Translations under genes and position numbers: made by a program
Shown: piece after piece, positions 19,843 to 29,758 of the stretch
How positions within the stretch are numbered: the stretch's first letter is position 1
Layout: every line of letters starts with the position of its first letter
Assembly (NCBI GenBank): GCA_963707635.1
Contig: OY970173.1
Location: 2,816,001-2,880,000, forward strand
Direction of reading: 5' to 3'
Origin: Candidatus Latescibacterota bacterium
GTDB taxonomy: Bacteria > Krumholzibacteriota > Krumholzibacteriia > WVZY01 > JAKEHA01
Length of the DNA stretch: 64,000 bases
Notes under the pieces: generated by a model
What the model saw: only the letters and a program-made list of their open reading frames with translations
Database searches by the model: none
Told to the model about the DNA's origin: nothing

Positions 19843-20847
19843 ATGTTTCGACGTCTCGTGCTCCTGACCGTGCTGACCCTGATTGCCGGCTTCCGCCCGG
19901 CACAGGCCGACATCACGACGGGCCTCATCGCCCGCTACCCGTTTGACGGCAACGCCAACGATATCAGTGGAAACAACAATCACGGCTCGTTGGTGGGTGC
20001 GGTGGCGTCCACCACCGATCGTTTCGGGTTGCCCGACCGGGCCTATGCGTTCAACGGCCTGAATACCTATGTGCTGGTCCCTGCCTCGGCCAGCCTGAAC
20101 TCGCCGACCACGGCTTGCACGCAGGCGGGATGGACGCTGCAATCCGGAGTGAGTAGTGTGGGATCGGGCTTCAATCCGCTCCTCATGAAGAGCAATAGCG
20201 GTGAGAATGCGTTCATGTACCGGATGATCACGAACCCCACCTACGTGGGCGCCGCATTCAACAACTGGAACACCGCCCAGAGCGCCGGGCAGGCGACACC
20301 GCTCAACGAGTGGCACCACTTCGCGACCGTGTTCAACGGCGCTACCGTCAGGTACTACTACGACGGCGCGTACATCGGGTCGCAGCCGATGGTGATGACG
20401 ATCACCCCGGACAACCGCCCGCTCACCATTGGCGCCGATGTGCCCGGTATTCTCGAGATCTTCAACGGCAAGATCGACGATGTGTCCATCTACAGTCGTG
20501 CACTCACCGACGAGGACATCGTCGAGCTCTACAATCAGGCGACGCCGACTGCCGTGTCCCAATCGACGCCGCCGTTTTCGCTGGGCTACAGCGTTCCCAA
20601 TCCCAGCGGCGGCGAAAGCAGCGTGGAGTTCACCCTCGACTCGGAGCAGTTCGTCCAGCTCGACGTGTTCGATGTGGCCGGGCGCCGCGTGCGCGTCATG
20701 GAATCCGGAGTTCGTTCGGCCGGAGTCCATCGCGCGACGTGGGATGGGCGCCGGGACAACGGGAGCCATACGCCGTCGGGCGTCTATTTCTTTCGTCTCC
20801 ACAGTGGAAACCACGTGCTGACGAGCCGAATCGTTCGGGTGCGGTAG
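19843..20847 (+). CDS. Secreted LamG-like jellyroll protein with FlgD-Ig-like domain
   Basis: GLIARYPFDGNAND.SGN, TTDRFG, FNGKIDDVSIYSRAL, C-terminal PNP..WDGR..SGVYF. Confidence 0.85.
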   Translation: MFRRLVLLTVLTLIAGFRPAQADITTGLIARYPFDGNANDISGNNNHGSLVGAVASTTDRFGLPDRAYAFNGLNTYVLVPASASLNSPTTACTQAGWTLQSGVSSVGSGFNPLLMKSNSGENAFMYRMITNPTYVGAAFNNWNTAQSAGQATPLNEWHHFATVFNGATVRYYYDGAYIGSQPMVMTITPDNRPLTIGADVPGILEIFNGKIDDVSIYSRALTDEDIVELYNQATPTAVSQSTPPFSLGYSVPNPSGGESSVEFTLDSEQFVQLDVFDVAGRRVRVMESGVRSAGVHRATWDGRRDNGSHTPSGVYFFRLHSGNHVLTSRIVRVR

Positions 20848-20859
20848 TTACGGCGGGGC

Positions 20860-20894
20860 AAAAAGAGAGGGCACCGGCTCGGCGGTGCCCTCTC
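20860..20894. terminator. Hairpin between convergent genes
   Basis: AAAAAGAGAGGGCACCG-GCTCGG-CGGTGCCCTCTC; U-tract on the minus strand. Confidence 0.7.
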
Positions 20895-20916
20895 GTGACA
20901 ACGATGTCGGCAATGC

Positions 20917-22008
20917 CTATTTGCCGCCACCCTTCTTCCCCTGGTCGTGGGGAACGACCACCTCGACCCTGGTATCGGTAGCGTTGCCAGCGCTGTCCTC
21001 ACAACGAACCAGAACCGTGTAGATGCGGGACGACCCGCCGCCAGAGCGCTCGGCGCGGAGCTCGAGGCCCGTGTCACCCGTGATCAGCCAGTCGGGTTCG
21101 GTGTTGCCGTCGCCCGTGCCATTGACCGGCTCGTTGCTGGTGACTCCGAGAATCTTGCACGTCGGCGTGGAATCGCACTCATCCTCGGCGTCCACCGCTA
21201 TCCGGATGTTCCTCCACTTGTGGTTGGGCGGCCACAGGATTCCCGGTGTGGCAGTCACGCCGGTGATGACCGGCGGCTCCGTGTCCGTCCCGACGGTCAC
21301 GGTGAACGCGCACGTCGAGGTATTCCCCAGCGAATCGACGGCCGTGCAGGTGACCGCCGTCTCTCCCACCGGGAACGTGCTGCCGGAGGGCGGGTCGCAG
21401 GTCACGACCGGCAGCGGATCGCAGTCATCGATCGCGGTCACGCTGAATTCGACGACCGCACCATCGGCGCCGGCACAGGCGATGGTGGTATCGGCCGCGC
21501 AAGTGATCTCGGGCGCGGTCACGTCGGGCTGAAACACCGGCGGGTCGGGCAGGAATGCCTGACTGCGCTGTGTTTCCAGCGCCGCCTTCCACGAAACCAG
21601 TAGCGACGAGAGCCCGGTCAGGTAGCCCTGCCGCGGTGTGGTGGCGGGATCGAAATCGGCCACCGTATCGAGCACCGCGGATCCAAGCGCGCCGTTGATG
21701 GCGCCTTCCCACTGTTGCAGAGCCGGCACGAGTTCGTCGAGGTATCCGGCGACCGTGGACTCGTCCGTCCATGCCGGCGTGTCATCCAGACCGGCTCCAA
21801 GCCAGGTCTCGATCGAATCCTCCCAGACCGGGAGGACGGGCGAAAGCTGAAAGAGGTAGATGTACTCTCCGCACCCGGCCTGCGCCCGGAATGCCCTGCT
21901 CTTGAATTGCTCTGGACCCGCGGGTGAACCTTCGTGGTTTCCGCATCCATAAATGACGAACGTGGCGACGAGCGCCGCCACGCCGAGGCGAATGTTGAGT
22001 TTGATCAT
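20917..22008 (-). CDS. HYR-domain lipoprotein
   Basis: Lipobox-like IYGC; HYR signature CDPPSGSTFPVGETAVTCTAVD..GN...CAFTVTV; LWPPNHK domain. Confidence 0.8.
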   Translation of the reverse strand: MIKLNIRLGVAALVATFVIYGCGNHEGSPAGPEQFKSRAFRAQAGCGEYIYLFQLSPVLPVWEDSIETWLGAGLDDTPAWTDESTVAGYLDELVPALQQWEGAINGALGSAVLDTVADFDPATTPRQGYLTGLSSLLVSWKAALETQRSQAFLPDPPVFQPDVTAPEITCAADTTIACAGADGAVVEFSVTAIDDCDPLPVVTCDPPSGSTFPVGETAVTCTAVDSLGNTSTCAFTVTVGTDTEPPVITGVTATPGILWPPNHKWRNIRIAVDAEDECDSTPTCKILGVTSNEPVNGTGDGNTEPDWLITGDTGLELRAERSGGGSSRIYTVLVRCEDSAGNATDTRVEVVVPHDQGKKGGGK

Positions 22009-22153
22009 GTGATGCCCCCGCGAGGATGCATGAAAGAGGCGGCCGTATGCCTCAAAATTAGAGCTCCATTATACCACTACAACCCCGGTCGCCGTCTACC
22101 TCCGTGCGCGGTGTGATAGAATCCCGGAGCGTGATCGATACCCACGCTCCAGC

Positions 22154-22774
22154 ATGCCTTCCCTCGCCGAGATTCTCGCCACGCCGGGTCCCAAGTGCCT
22201 CGACCGCGACTTCGAAGGCACCGTCGCCGACTTGTTTCCGGCCCGGCAACCGCTCGAGATCGAAATCGGAGCCGGCCGCGGCCGCTTCCTGCTCGAACGC
22301 GCCGCCGTCCATCGCGACCGCAACTTTCTCGGCCTGGACTACCGCTGGCGGTTCCTGCGCGAGGGGTTCGAGCGCGCGGAGGCGCGCGGGCTGGACAACC
22401 TTTGCTTCTTCAGGTCCGAGGCGAGCGAAATCATCGAGCACCTGGTCCCGGACGCAAGCGTTGCGATCTTCCACATCTACTTCCCCGACCCGTGGCACAA
22501 GCGCAAGCACCACAAGCGCCGGCTGCTCACGCCGGATTTCTTCAAGCTGCTCCACCGGAGGCTGGAGCCGGGCGGACTCCTCGAGCTGGCGACGGACAAC
22601 TTCGACTACATGGTGAGGTTCAAGCTGGCGCTGGTCGAGGCGGGAGACACGCTCTGGTCGGCGACGCGCGAGGCTCGAAACGAGAGACTGATCGACCCGC
22701 ACCTCAAGACCCACTACGAAGCGAAGTACATGCGCCAGGGCCGGGAGCTTTATTATATAGAGCTGCTCAAATGA
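22154..22774 (+). CDS. trmB: tRNA (guanine-N7)-methyltransferase
   Basis: EIGAGRG, FPDPWHKRKHHKRRL, ATD, THYEAKY motifs. Confidence 0.93.
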   Translation: MPSLAEILATPGPKCLDRDFEGTVADLFPARQPLEIEIGAGRGRFLLERAAVHRDRNFLGLDYRWRFLREGFERAEARGLDNLCFFRSEASEIIEHLVPDASVAIFHIYFPDPWHKRKHHKRRLLTPDFFKLLHRRLEPGGLLELATDNFDYMVRFKLALVEAGDTLWSATREARNERLIDPHLKTHYEAKYMRQGRELYYIELLK

Positions 22775-22811
22775 CGGAGGATGCCGGCAGAAGCACCCAT
22801 TGTATTCCTCT

Positions 22812-22841
22812 TTGAGCCTTCCGGAATGATCGCGCTATAAT
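22812..22841 (+). promoter_or_regulatory. Sigma70-type promoter of the C39-RimK operon (near-leaderless)
   Basis: TTGAGC-18 bp-TATAAT ending 9 nt before ATG 22851. Confidence 0.55.
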
Positions 22842-22850
22842 CCGCCCCGC

Positions 22851-23552
22851 ATGAAGAATCTCGACATCCACGCGCAGCCCGACGACATGAGCTGCGGGGC
22901 CACCTGCCTGCACGCGATCTACCGCCACCACGGCGACCGGATCGCCCTGGACGACGTCGTACGCGACGTCGAGCGGCTCGAGGAGGGCGGGACCCTCGGC
23001 GTGTATCTCGGCACCCACGCGCTGCGCCGCGGCTACAAGGTGAGCCTCTACTCGTACAACCTCCAGGTCTTCGACCCGACCTGGCGCGCGCTCGGCCGCG
23101 ACGAGCTGGTGGACCGGCTCGCGCGCCAGATGGCAGTCAAGCACCAGCGCAAACTCAAGATCGCGTCGCAGGCCTACATCGAGTTCATGCGCCTGGGGGG
23201 AGAGATTCGCTTCGCGGAGCTTTCGCCCAAGCTGATCCGCCGCCACCTCACCGGCAACGTGCCCATGCTGGCCGGTTTGAGCTCCACGTATCTCTATCAG
23301 ACCGCGCGCGAATACGGACCGCAGGGCGAGTACGACGACGTACGCGGTGTTCCCGGCGGGCATTTCGTGGTCCTGTTCGGCTACGACAACGAGTCGCGCG
23401 ACGTGCGCGTCGCCGACCCGTGGCAGCCCAATCCCGAGAAGGAGCGCTACTACGAGGTGGGAATCAACCGGCTCATCTGCGCGATCCTGCTCGGGGTACT
23501 CACCTACGACGCCAATCTGCTCGTCATATCGCCGAGCCGGAAGCGGGGCTGA
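22851..23552 (+). CDS. Peptidase C39-like protein
   Basis: QPDDMSCGATCL catalytic Cys, GHFVVL.GYD, ADP. Confidence 0.85.
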   Translation: MKNLDIHAQPDDMSCGATCLHAIYRHHGDRIALDDVVRDVERLEEGGTLGVYLGTHALRRGYKVSLYSYNLQVFDPTWRALGRDELVDRLARQMAVKHQRKLKIASQAYIEFMRLGGEIRFAELSPKLIRRHLTGNVPMLAGLSSTYLYQTAREYGPQGEYDDVRGVPGGHFVVLFGYDNESRDVRVADPWQPNPEKERYYEVGINRLICAILLGVLTYDANLLVISPSRKRG

Positions 23553-23554
23553 CC

Positions 23555-25012
23555 GTGTCGCGCCTGTTCGTCGTCAATAATCCGAAGAACTGGCCGCTCC
23601 ACGTCCCTGGCGTGGAGGTGGTATCGGCGCGGAGCTACCTCACCGACTCGGCGTACAGCGAAATCGAGAACGCCAAGGTATTCAACCTGTGCCGGTCGTA
23701 TCGATACATGAGCACCGGGTACTACGTCTCGCTCCTCGCCGAGGCCCGCGGCCATCGCGCCATCCCGAGCATCATGACGCTGCAGGACATGCGCCAGGAC
23801 GCGATTTTCCGGATCCGCTCCGAGGACCTGGACGAGCTGATCCAGCGCGCCATGTCGCACCTCAAGGCGGAGCGCTACCAGTTGAGCATCTACTTCGGCC
23901 GGCCGCTCGCGAAGCGCTATGAGCGCCTCGCGCAGCAGCTGTTCTCCTATTTTGAAGCGCCGCTACTGCGTGCGCACTTCGTCTATCGCAAGAAGTGGGA
24001 GCTGGACCAGATCGATCCGATCGCGGTCAAGGACATCCCCGACTGGCAGCGACCGTTCGTGGTCAACGCGGCCGGAGAGTACTTCCTCAAGCTCGAGCGC
24101 AGGCCGCGCCGGCACAAGACCTTCCGGTACGACCTCGCGATTCTCTACAACCCGGACGAGGCCGAGCCTCCCTCCGACCCGCGCTCGCTGCGGAAATTCT
24201 GCCGCGCCGCCGAACAGCTGGGCATGGATCCCGAGCTCATCACGCGCGACGACTACCGGCGTATCGCCGAGTTCGACGCGCTCTTCATCCGCGAGACGAC
24301 GGCGGTCAACCACCACACCTATCGGTTCGCGCGGCGCGCGGTCGCGGAGGGGCTGCCGGTCATCGACGACCCCGAATCGATTATTCGCTGCACCAACAAG
24401 GTCTACCTGGCGGAGATGTTCGACCGCTATCGCCTCGCCACGCCGAAGACGATGATCGTCCACCGCGAGAACGCGAGCCAGGTCGCGGAGACGCTGAATC
24501 TCCCCTGCATCGTGAAACAACCCGACAGCTCGTTCTCGCAGGGGGTGGTGAAGCTCAACACCCACAAGGAGCTCGACGACGAGATCGAGCGACGGCTGGA
24601 AAGCTCGGACCTCCTGATCGCGCAGGAGTTCATGCCGACCGACTTCGACTGGCGCATCGGCGTGCTGGAGGGCAAGGCGCTCTACGCCTGCCGGTATTTC
24701 ATGGCGCACAAGCACTGGCAGATCCTGAAGCGCACCTCGCGCGGCCGGCTGCGGAGCGGGCGCGTGGAATCGATCGCGGTGCCGCGCGCGCCGCGCGACG
24801 TGATCCGGCTGGGCGTGGCCGCAGCCGGCGCGGTCGGCGACGGGCTCTACGGCGTCGACATCAAGCAGCGCGGCGACGAGTTCTACCTGATCGAGGTCAA
24901 CGACAACCCGAGCATCGAGGCGGGCTACGAAGACAAGATCCTCGGCGACAAGCTCTATACCCGGATCATGAAGTCGCTCCTGCGACGGATCGTCGAGCTA
25001 AAGGGAGCGTAA
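23555..25012 (+). CDS. RimK-family ATP-grasp ligase with RimK-like N-terminal domain
   Basis: NLCRSYRY..GYYVSLLAEARG, CTNKVYL, KQPDSSFSQGV, QEFMPTDFDWRIG, YGVDIK, IEVNDNP. Confidence 0.9.
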   Translation: MSRLFVVNNPKNWPLHVPGVEVVSARSYLTDSAYSEIENAKVFNLCRSYRYMSTGYYVSLLAEARGHRAIPSIMTLQDMRQDAIFRIRSEDLDELIQRAMSHLKAERYQLSIYFGRPLAKRYERLAQQLFSYFEAPLLRAHFVYRKKWELDQIDPIAVKDIPDWQRPFVVNAAGEYFLKLERRPRRHKTFRYDLAILYNPDEAEPPSDPRSLRKFCRAAEQLGMDPELITRDDYRRIAEFDALFIRETTAVNHHTYRFARRAVAEGLPVIDDPESIIRCTNKVYLAEMFDRYRLATPKTMIVHRENASQVAETLNLPCIVKQPDSSFSQGVVKLNTHKELDDEIERRLESSDLLIAQEFMPTDFDWRIGVLEGKALYACRYFMAHKHWQILKRTSRGRLRSGRVESIAVPRAPRDVIRLGVAAAGAVGDGLYGVDIKQRGDEFYLIEVNDNPSIEAGYEDKILGDKLYTRIMKSLLRRIVELKGA

Positions 25013-25018
25013 CCGGGC

Positions 25019-26287
25019 GTGTCGCTGCGGCTTTTCGAGGGTTTTGGGGTCGAGCTGGAGTACATGCTCGTCCACGCGGACTCGCTCGACGTCCTCCCCG
25101 CCACCGATCAGGTCATCCTCGCCGTCGCGGGAGACTTTATCGCCGAGGTCGAGCGCGGCGCGCTCGCCTGGTCGAACGAGCTGGTCAACCACGTCATCGA
25201 GCTCAAGACCAACGGCCCCGCGCCGCAGCTTCGCGGGCTCGACGATGCCTTCGCGCGCGACGTGGTCGAAATCCTCGCGTTGCTTCGCCCGCTCGGCGGG
25301 CGCCTGATGCCGACCGCCACCCACCCGTGGATGGACCCCGCCCGCGAGACCACGCTCTGGTCGCACGAGGAATACAACGAGGTCTATGAGGCGTTCGATC
25401 GCATCTTCGGCGTGCGGGGGCACGGATGGGCGAACCTCCAGTGCGTGCATCTCAACATTCCCTTCTACGGGGACGCCGAGTTTGCGCGGCTCCACGCCGC
25501 CATGCGTCTGCTCCTTCCGATCATCCCGGCGATCGCGGCGAGCTCGCCCATCCTGGACGGACGCCTCACCGGCCTCATGGACAGCCGGATGCATTTCTAT
25601 CGCGAGAACACGAGGAAGATTCCCTCCATCACCGGCAAGGTGATTCCCGAGCCGGTGTACTCGAAGCGCGAATACGAGGAGACGATCCTGGGGCGCATGT
25701 ACGCCGATATCGCGCCGCACGACCCGGAGGAGACTCTGCGCGACGAGTGGCTGAATGCACGCGGCGCCATCGCGCGTTTCGACCGGAGTGCCATCGAGAT
25801 CCGCATCATCGACATCCAGGAGTGCCCCACCGCCGACTTCGCCGTCATGCACGCGATCACCTGCGTCCTGCGCGCGCTGGTCGAAGAGAAATGGCAGCCC
25901 GCCGAGCGCCAGCAACGGTTCGACACCGACGCGCTGAATGCCGTTCTACTCGACACCACCCGCCACGCGGAAGAGGCGGCGATTCGGGATTCCGATTACC
26001 TCGCCGCGTTCGGCTTGCACGCAACCCCGGTGAAAGCCGGCGAGCTGTGGCAGCACCTGGTCGAAACCGTGGTGGCGCCCGATGCGGACTTCGGCGATCC
26101 GTGGTCGTCGGCGATGCGTACCATTCTGGACGAAGGCACGCTCGCGCGGCGGATCGTGCGCGCGGTCGCCCGCGAGAAGCCGGGAGCGGCGGCCCGGGCC
26201 GGCCTCGAGCGTGACACGCTCCACCGAGTCTACGCCTCGCTGTGCGACTGCCTGAAGTGGAACCGGGGCTTCCATGCCACGCCGTGA
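25019..26287 (+). CDS. Glutamate-cysteine ligase family 2 (GCS2) protein
   Basis: FGVELEYM, SNELVNHVIELK, HPWMDP, HLN, RGAIARFDRSAIEIR. Confidence 0.88.
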   Translation: MSLRLFEGFGVELEYMLVHADSLDVLPATDQVILAVAGDFIAEVERGALAWSNELVNHVIELKTNGPAPQLRGLDDAFARDVVEILALLRPLGGRLMPTATHPWMDPARETTLWSHEEYNEVYEAFDRIFGVRGHGWANLQCVHLNIPFYGDAEFARLHAAMRLLLPIIPAIAASSPILDGRLTGLMDSRMHFYRENTRKIPSITGKVIPEPVYSKREYEETILGRMYADIAPHDPEETLRDEWLNARGAIARFDRSAIEIRIIDIQECPTADFAVMHAITCVLRALVEEKWQPAERQQRFDTDALNAVLLDTTRHAEEAAIRDSDYLAAFGLHATPVKAGELWQHLVETVVAPDADFGDPWSSAMRTILDEGTLARRIVRAVAREKPGAAARAGLERDTLHRVYASLCDCLKWNRGFHATP

Positions 26288-26999
26288 CCGCGGCCGGCGC
26301 GACCTTGCGATCGTCGTGAGCTGCGAGCACGGCGGACATCGCGTCCCCGCGCACTACCGTTCGCTTTTCAAGGGCCACGAGCGCGTTCTAGCTTCGCACC
26401 GGGGGTGGGACCCGGGAGCGCTGGTGCTGGCGCGCGCGATCGCGCGCGTGTGCGGCGCCCGGCTGGTCGCCACCACGACCTCGCGCTTGTTGGTCGAATG
26501 CAACCGCTCGATCGGGCACCCGCAGCTCTTCTCCGAGTTCACGCGCCGACTCCCGCCCAACGAGCGCACACGCCTCCTGGAGCGCTACTACCGCCCCCAT
26601 CGCCGCGCGGTCGAAGAAGCGATCACCCGCGCGCTCGAGTCGCACAAACGCGTGTTGCACGTCGGCGTGCATACGTTCACGCCGGTCTTGAACGGCGTGC
26701 GGCGACGCGCCGACGTCGGCCTGCTCTACGACCCGAAGCGCCCGTTCGAGCACGCGGTGGCCGACTCCCTCGTCGTCCACCTCGGCCTGCGCGCGCCCGC
26801 GCTGGTTGTCCGCAGGAACTATCCGTATCGCGGCTGGTCCGACGGCCTGACCACGGCGCTGCGTTCGTGGCTCCCCCGCGGCCGCTACGCCGGCATCGAG
26901 CTGGAAGTGAACCAGGCGCTCGCCGCCGGAAACGCCCACGCCTGGTCGGCGACGCGGCGCCGGATCGCGGCGTCGTTTCGGGACGCCTTTCTGGACTGA
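26274..26999 (+). CDS. N-formylglutamate amidohydrolase family protein
   Basis: SCEHGG, HRGWDPGA, SRLLVECNRS, HTFTP, NYPY, ELEV. Confidence 0.88.
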   Translation: MPRRDRGRRDLAIVVSCEHGGHRVPAHYRSLFKGHERVLASHRGWDPGALVLARAIARVCGARLVATTTSRLLVECNRSIGHPQLFSEFTRRLPPNERTRLLERYYRPHRRAVEEAITRALESHKRVLHVGVHTFTPVLNGVRRRADVGLLYDPKRPFEHAVADSLVVHLGLRAPALVVRRNYPYRGWSDGLTTALRSWLPRGRYAGIELEVNQALAAGNAHAWSATRRRIAASFRDAFLD

Positions 27000-27066
27000 G
27001 TCCGGAAAAGAGCGAAGCCCGCCGGCGCACCGACGGGCTTCGTCGCACAGAGTCTCACCGGCGAGC

Positions 27067-27714
27067 CTAGATACCGACCCCGACCCCTACGCTCACAAAT
27101 GGTTCACCGCTATCGTACGGTGAGTTGTCGTCCTGGAGGACGTCGAAGAGCACTTCGACCGTCAACGCGGTGCGAGGGCTGATCCGCTGGACCACCCCCC
27201 CGCCGACCAGGAGAAATGGCACCCATGTGCGATCTGTCTCCTGGCCGGAGATCTGGTACTCATAGCTCATGTAGTCGAATTCGGCGTGCCCGTAGAAGCG
27301 CGGCACCGGAAAGAAACGGGCGAAGACACCGCCGCCGTAATTGCTCGCCGTGACCTTCTTGCCGTAACTTTCGTCTTCGACGTATTCGTATGTCGCCTCG
27401 ACGCCGACCGCCACTCGCGGCGTAAGCATCATGCCAATCATCGGTGAGATGCTGATGCTCGTGTAGTCACCAAACGTCGCGCCGACCGTTCCGCCGTAGA
27501 AAATGTCTCGCTTCTTCTTCGGCTTCTCCGCGGGCGGAGGCGCCTGGGTCGCCGCGGCGGTAGACGCAGCGGCGGGCGCCGGTGCGATGGCCGCCGGAGC
27601 GGCGGTCGAATCAACGATCGTCGAATCGACCGTCGCCGATTCCGTCTGGGCGGACGCGTTCGCGGCGAGCAGAATCGTGAACATGACCGGGACGAGCGCG
27701 ATTGATGACTTCAT
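27067..27714 (-). CDS. Outer-membrane beta-barrel-like protein
   Basis: Signal peptide, Ala/Pro linker, alternating beta strands, ends VSVGVGVGI. Confidence 0.7.
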   Translation of the reverse strand: MKSSIALVPVMFTILLAANASAQTESATVDSTIVDSTAAPAAIAPAPAAASTAAATQAPPPAEKPKKKRDIFYGGTVGATFGDYTSISISPMIGMMLTPRVAVGVEATYEYVEDESYGKKVTASNYGGGVFARFFPVPRFYGHAEFDYMSYEYQISGQETDRTWVPFLLVGGGVVQRISPRTALTVEVLFDVLQDDNSPYDSGEPFVSVGVGVGI

Positions 27715-27918
27715 GGTTCCTCCACCTTCTCGCATGAACATGAAAGGCCGGACAATCGCCACAGTACGCCGATACAGGGACCGAGTCACGACTTTTTCCG
27801 CGGGCCGTGGCCACAAGACCGCGACCCCATGCGACCCGCGTTTTTTCGTATTCCCTTTCATTTTCCCCTGTGATAAGTTTTCAACCGATTCGTGACTGTA
27901 ACCCTTGGAGGTCAACGC

Positions 27919-28359
27919 GTGAAACGCTTTTGCATTCTTGTCACTGGACTGTTTCTCGTCGCCACCGAAGCCGCGCCTGCATTTGCCGGCGTCGGGTTTC
28001 ACATCGGGGGAACGATCGACCCGGATATGTTCCTGATCGGCGCACGCTTCAGGAGCCGCCCCCTCGCAGAGGCGATTTACGTGGTCCCCAACGCCGAGGC
28101 GGGCTTCGGCAGCGACATCCTCATGATCGGCGGCAACCTGGACGGCTACTATTCCTTCAAGACCAGCTCTGAGCTCCGGCCGTATATCGGCGGCGGCATC
28201 ACGCTCAACTGGTTCGACTTCGACAACGGCGGGAGCGACACCGAGTTTGGCGGGAGCATTCTCGGCGGAATCTATGTCAAACCAACGCTCTTCTTCGAGA
28301 CCAAGTGGGGACTGGGAGACGTTCCCGACTGGAAGTTCTACGTCGGCTGGAACAAGTAG
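27919..28359 (+). CDS. Small outer-membrane beta-barrel protein
   Basis: GTG start after GGAGG, signal peptide, LRPYIGGG, ends KFYVGWNK. Confidence 0.75.
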   Translation: MKRFCILVTGLFLVATEAAPAFAGVGFHIGGTIDPDMFLIGARFRSRPLAEAIYVVPNAEAGFGSDILMIGGNLDGYYSFKTSSELRPYIGGGITLNWFDFDNGGSDTEFGGSILGGIYVKPTLFFETKWGLGDVPDWKFYVGWNK

Positions 28360-28401
28360 GCTGGCGTCCACCTGCTCCAGGGGTCCGATAAGCCCCGAGA
28401 C

Positions 28402-28444
28402 AAACGGCCCACGTCGAAGGACGCGGGCCGTTTCAGTTGGTGCG
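28402..28444 (-). repeat. tRNA-Lys 3' remnant plus terminator, copy D
   Basis: AAACGGCCCACGTC-GAAG-GACGCGGGCCGTTT-CAGT-TGGTGCG; same layout as at the intact tRNA-Lys. Confidence 0.75.
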
Positions 28445-28454
28445 TCCCCCAGCG

Positions 28455-29447
28455 TCAGCGATTGACGAGCCCCAGCATCTTCGGATCGTAGCGACCGCCC
28501 ACGACGGCGCCCTTCGGCGAGGCCTCTTCGATGCGCGCGATATCCGCGTCGCCGAGCTCGACATCGACCGCCGCTATGTTCTCTTCCAACCGCGCGATGC
28601 TGCTCGTACCCGGAATCGGGATGATGTCGTCGCGCCGGTGCAGCAGCCAGGCCAGGGCGAGTTGGGCCGGCGTGCAGCCTTTCTTCGCCGCCACTTCCCT
28701 TACCCTTTCGGCAATCGCCAGGTTCTTCGCAAAATTTTCGCCCTGGAACCGCGGGTTGTTGCGACGCCAGTCGTCGGGACTCAAGTCCTCGACCCCTCGA
28801 AAGCGTCCACCCAGGAATCCGCGGCCGAGGGGGCTGTACGCGATCAGCGCAATGCCTAGCTCCTCCAGGGTCGATAGCATCTCGAGTTCCGGGTCCCGGG
28901 TGAACAGAGAGTATTCATTCTGCACCGACGCCAGCGGATGAACCGCGTGCGCGCGGCGAGCCGTGGCTACCGACGGCTCCGACAATCCGATGTGCCTCAC
29001 CTTTCCCTCGCGCACGAGCTCTGCCATCGCACCGACGGTCTCCTCGATCGGCACGGACGTGTCGACGCGGTGCAACTGATAGAGATCGATGTATTCGACG
29101 CCCAGGCGTTTGAGCGAAGACTCGCACGCCTGGCGCACGTACTTCGCGCTGCCGTCGACGGGGCGCCCGGCGGCTGCCCCTCCGCGCGCGAAACCGAACT
29201 TCGTGGCGAGGATCACACGCTCACGCCGGCCCCTGATGGCCTTGCCCACCTTGAGCTCCGAGTCGCCGTAGATGTCGGCGGTGTCGAGGAACGTGAGACC
29301 CAGATCGAGGGCACGGTGAATGAGCGCCATGGCCTCATCGTCGTTCTTCACGCTGCTGGTATACGTATCCGCGATGCCAATGCTCATGCAGCCGAGACCC
29401 AGAGCCGACACCTCGGGGCCGCTGCGGCCGAGTTTTCGATGCTTCAT
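28455..29447 (-). CDS. Aldo/keto reductase
   Basis: [40 protein letters not shown]. Confidence 0.93.
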   Translation of the reverse strand: MKHRKLGRSGPEVSALGLGCMSIGIADTYTSSVKNDDEAMALIHRALDLGLTFLDTADIYGDSELKVGKAIRGRRERVILATKFGFARGGAAAGRPVDGSAKYVRQACESSLKRLGVEYIDLYQLHRVDTSVPIEETVGAMAELVREGKVRHIGLSEPSVATARRAHAVHPLASVQNEYSLFTRDPELEMLSTLEELGIALIAYSPLGRGFLGGRFRGVEDLSPDDWRRNNPRFQGENFAKNLAIAERVREVAAKKGCTPAQLALAWLLHRRDDIIPIPGTSSIARLEENIAAVDVELGDADIARIEEASPKGAVVGGRYDPKMLGLVNR

Positions 29448-29497
29448 ATTGCTGCCTCCTGGTCACACGTATGATATCGGCACAGAATCGAAAATGC

Positions 29498-29594
29498 AAA
29501 CGGCCACGTCCGCGCCGACGTGGGCCGTTTTAGTTGGTGCGCCGCGAAAGACTCGAACCTTCAACCACCTGATCAAGAGTCAGATGCTCTACCA
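29498..29594 (-). repeat. tRNA-Lys 3' 60-nt fragment plus terminator, copy C
   Basis: 29535-29594 matches the tRNA-Lys 3' 60 nt at 58/60; the 5' acceptor strand is missing; hairpin at 29498-29530. Confidence 0.9.
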
Positions 29595-29758
29595 CGCACG
29601 CTGGCCCTCGGGCCTGCGTGCGTGATAGACTTATATCCAACGCGAGAGCCTCCTACCGACGCTCCCGCCTGATCGTCGACATCCGAACGTCGGCCGGGTG
29701 TAGTTATGTGTTCTTCGGCGGCCACCGACTCCGCCCCCGAATACGCAGGAGGCCGTCC

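Noticed and set aside
29535..29594. Second functional tRNA-Lys
   Set aside because: Lacks the 5' acceptor strand and part of the D arm; treated as a duplicated fragment.
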